From the NCBI GenBank assembly GCA_038046605.1, contig JBBSVW010000080.1, positions 1-16,853 on the forward strand: DNA of 16,853 bases. Direction: 5' to 3'. Source of the stretch: Candidatus Micrarchaeota archaeon (GTDB lineage Archaea > Micrarchaeota > Micrarchaeia > Norongarragalinales > SBBD01). The translations under genes were made by a program, and so were the position numbers. The notes beneath the pieces are model-generated. The model worked only from the letters and a program-made list of their open reading frames with translations, was not told the origin of the DNA and did no database searches. This document shows positions 15,892 to 16,853 of this stretch, one piece after another. The first letter of the stretch is position 1. Every line of letters starts with the position of its first letter.

Positions 15892-16071
15892 ATGCACTGG
15901 GTTGGTTTTCCTAATAGGGCTTGGAGCAGGGTGGGCGCATATGCCATGTTCTTTGGATTGGCACTGATGGCGATCACGTTTATTGCCGCCGTTGGCTTGA
16001 AGGCTGAATTGCAAACACTTGCCCTGGCACTCATAATGTTTGGATTTGCTTTCTATTTGGGGAATAGCTGA
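15892..16071 (+). CDS. Small 2-TM membrane protein (59 aa)
   Basis: Shorter than any ORF in the track. GAGGTGA Shine-Dalgarno upstream. Translates MHWVGFPNRAWSRVGAYAMFFGLALMAITFIAAVGLKAELQTLALALIMFGFAFYLGNS. Confidence 0.75.
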   Translation: MHWVGFPNRAWSRVGAYAMFFGLALMAITFIAAVGLKAELQTLALALIMFGFAFYLGNS

Positions 16072-16314
16072 TGAAAAGGCATATTGAAGGCGCAAAGCTG
16101 GACCATTCCAGATTGGTAGCCTTATTGCAGCTTAGTGCGGCTTTTTTTAAGTGCCGCGGCCATCGGGGCGCTCACGGACAAAATACCCGAAAACCTATGC
16201 TTTTCCAACAATGTTGTTCTTGCATTCTCAATTCTTGCAATTCTGGTTTCGGTGTTTCTTGTAAATGAAAACCTCGCAAAAATAGAAAGGGGCCTTGGTT
16301 GGAGAGGCTCTTAA
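16071..16314 (+). pseudogene. Frameshifted small 2-TM membrane protein (80 aa if one T is removed from the T7 run)
   Basis: ATG overlaps the previous stop (TGATG). Removing one T at 16142-16148 yields ...LVALLQLSAAFLSAAAIGAL...VVLAFSILAILVSVFLV...WRGS*, ending 1 nt before the tdh stop. Confidence 0.6.
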
Positions 16315-16315
16315 G

Positions 16316-16853
16316 CTAAGGGGTAAGCACTATTTTGCCGCAGTTCCCCGTCTTCATCAGCTCGAATGCCTTCTCGTATTCCCCCAATTTGAATTTGTGC
16401 GTTATTATTTTGCGCAAATCAACTGCGCCGGATTTTTGGAAGGCCGCAACCTTATACCATGTGTCAAAGAGCTTCCGGCCGTTAATGCCGCGGACAGTTG
16501 CGGATTTGAAGACAATGGCATTGTTGATATCAAGCGAAACATCCTTTGGGAAAACGCCCAATATGGCAGCATCCCCGCCTGCTCTTAGCGAATCAAAGCC
16601 CGATTTTAGCGCCCCCTCATTCCCGGACATTTCAAGGAACACATCAACGCCCCTGCCGGTCTCCTTTTTTATGCGTTTTGCGGCATCCTCGGTTTTGGCA
16701 TTGATCGCAAGGGTTGCGCCAAGCGATTTTGCCATTTTCAGGCGGTAATCATTTGCATCAACCGCATAAATTTCCGTTGCGCCGGCAGCTTTTGCTAGCA
16801 TCACAGCTGCAAGCCCAATAGGCCCGCAGCCGAAAATCGAAACGCTCCTACCG
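16316..16853 (-). CDS. tdh: L-threonine 3-dehydrogenase (zinc-dependent MDR family), 5' end outside the window
   Basis: IFGCGPIGL Rossmann motif, GVDVFLEMSG, IVFKSATVRGINGRKLFDTWY, IITHKF, CGKIVL; these are typical of Tdh. Confidence 0.9.
   Translation of the reverse strand, partial: GRSVSIFGCGPIGLAAVMLAKAAGATEIYAVDANDYRLKMAKSLGATLAINAKTEDAAKRIKKETGRGVDVFLEMSGNEGALKSGFDSLRAGGDAAILGVFPKDVSLDINNAIVFKSATVRGINGRKLFDTWYKVAAFQKSGAVDLRKIITHKFKLGEYEKAFELMKTGNCGKIVLTP

Noticed and set aside
16142-16149. TTTTTTA as a programmed -1 ribosomal frameshift site
   Set aside because: The coherent downstream frame needs +1 (or -2), not -1.
1-16853. tRNA, rRNA, CRISPR array, reverse transcriptase/DGR template repeat
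   Set aside because: None seen by eye. The pilin/giant similarity is diverged at all codon positions rather than adenine-specific, so it is not a DGR TR/VR pair.

Overview
Archaeal genomic window, probably DPANN and possibly Micrarchaeota. This is inferred from GGTGA/GAGGTGA Shine-Dalgarno sites, TATA/BRE-like promoters, an archaeal MinD and LamG/beta-helix surface giants. Left: mevalonate-pathway genes (partial MvaD-family decarboxylase, mevalonate-kinase-like GHMP kinase) around a hypothetical and a HAD hydrolase. Centre (minus strand): a 1641-aa adhesin-like giant, a ~203-aa secreted protein, a 311-aa membrane-tethered protein, a ~570-aa C-terminally anchored Ig-like protein, then MinD coupled to a 7-TM protein. 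Right: a low-GC AAA ATPase-wHTH gene, an AbrB-like gene, two small membrane ORFs missed by the ORF track (one frameshifted) and partial tdh. Main finding: the central cluster has the logic of a donor-strand-exchange filament. The small protein has an N-terminal strand plus a pilin-like body (shaft). The giant ends in a ~50% identical body that lacks the strand (tip). The anchored protein begins with a copy of the strand but has no body (base).
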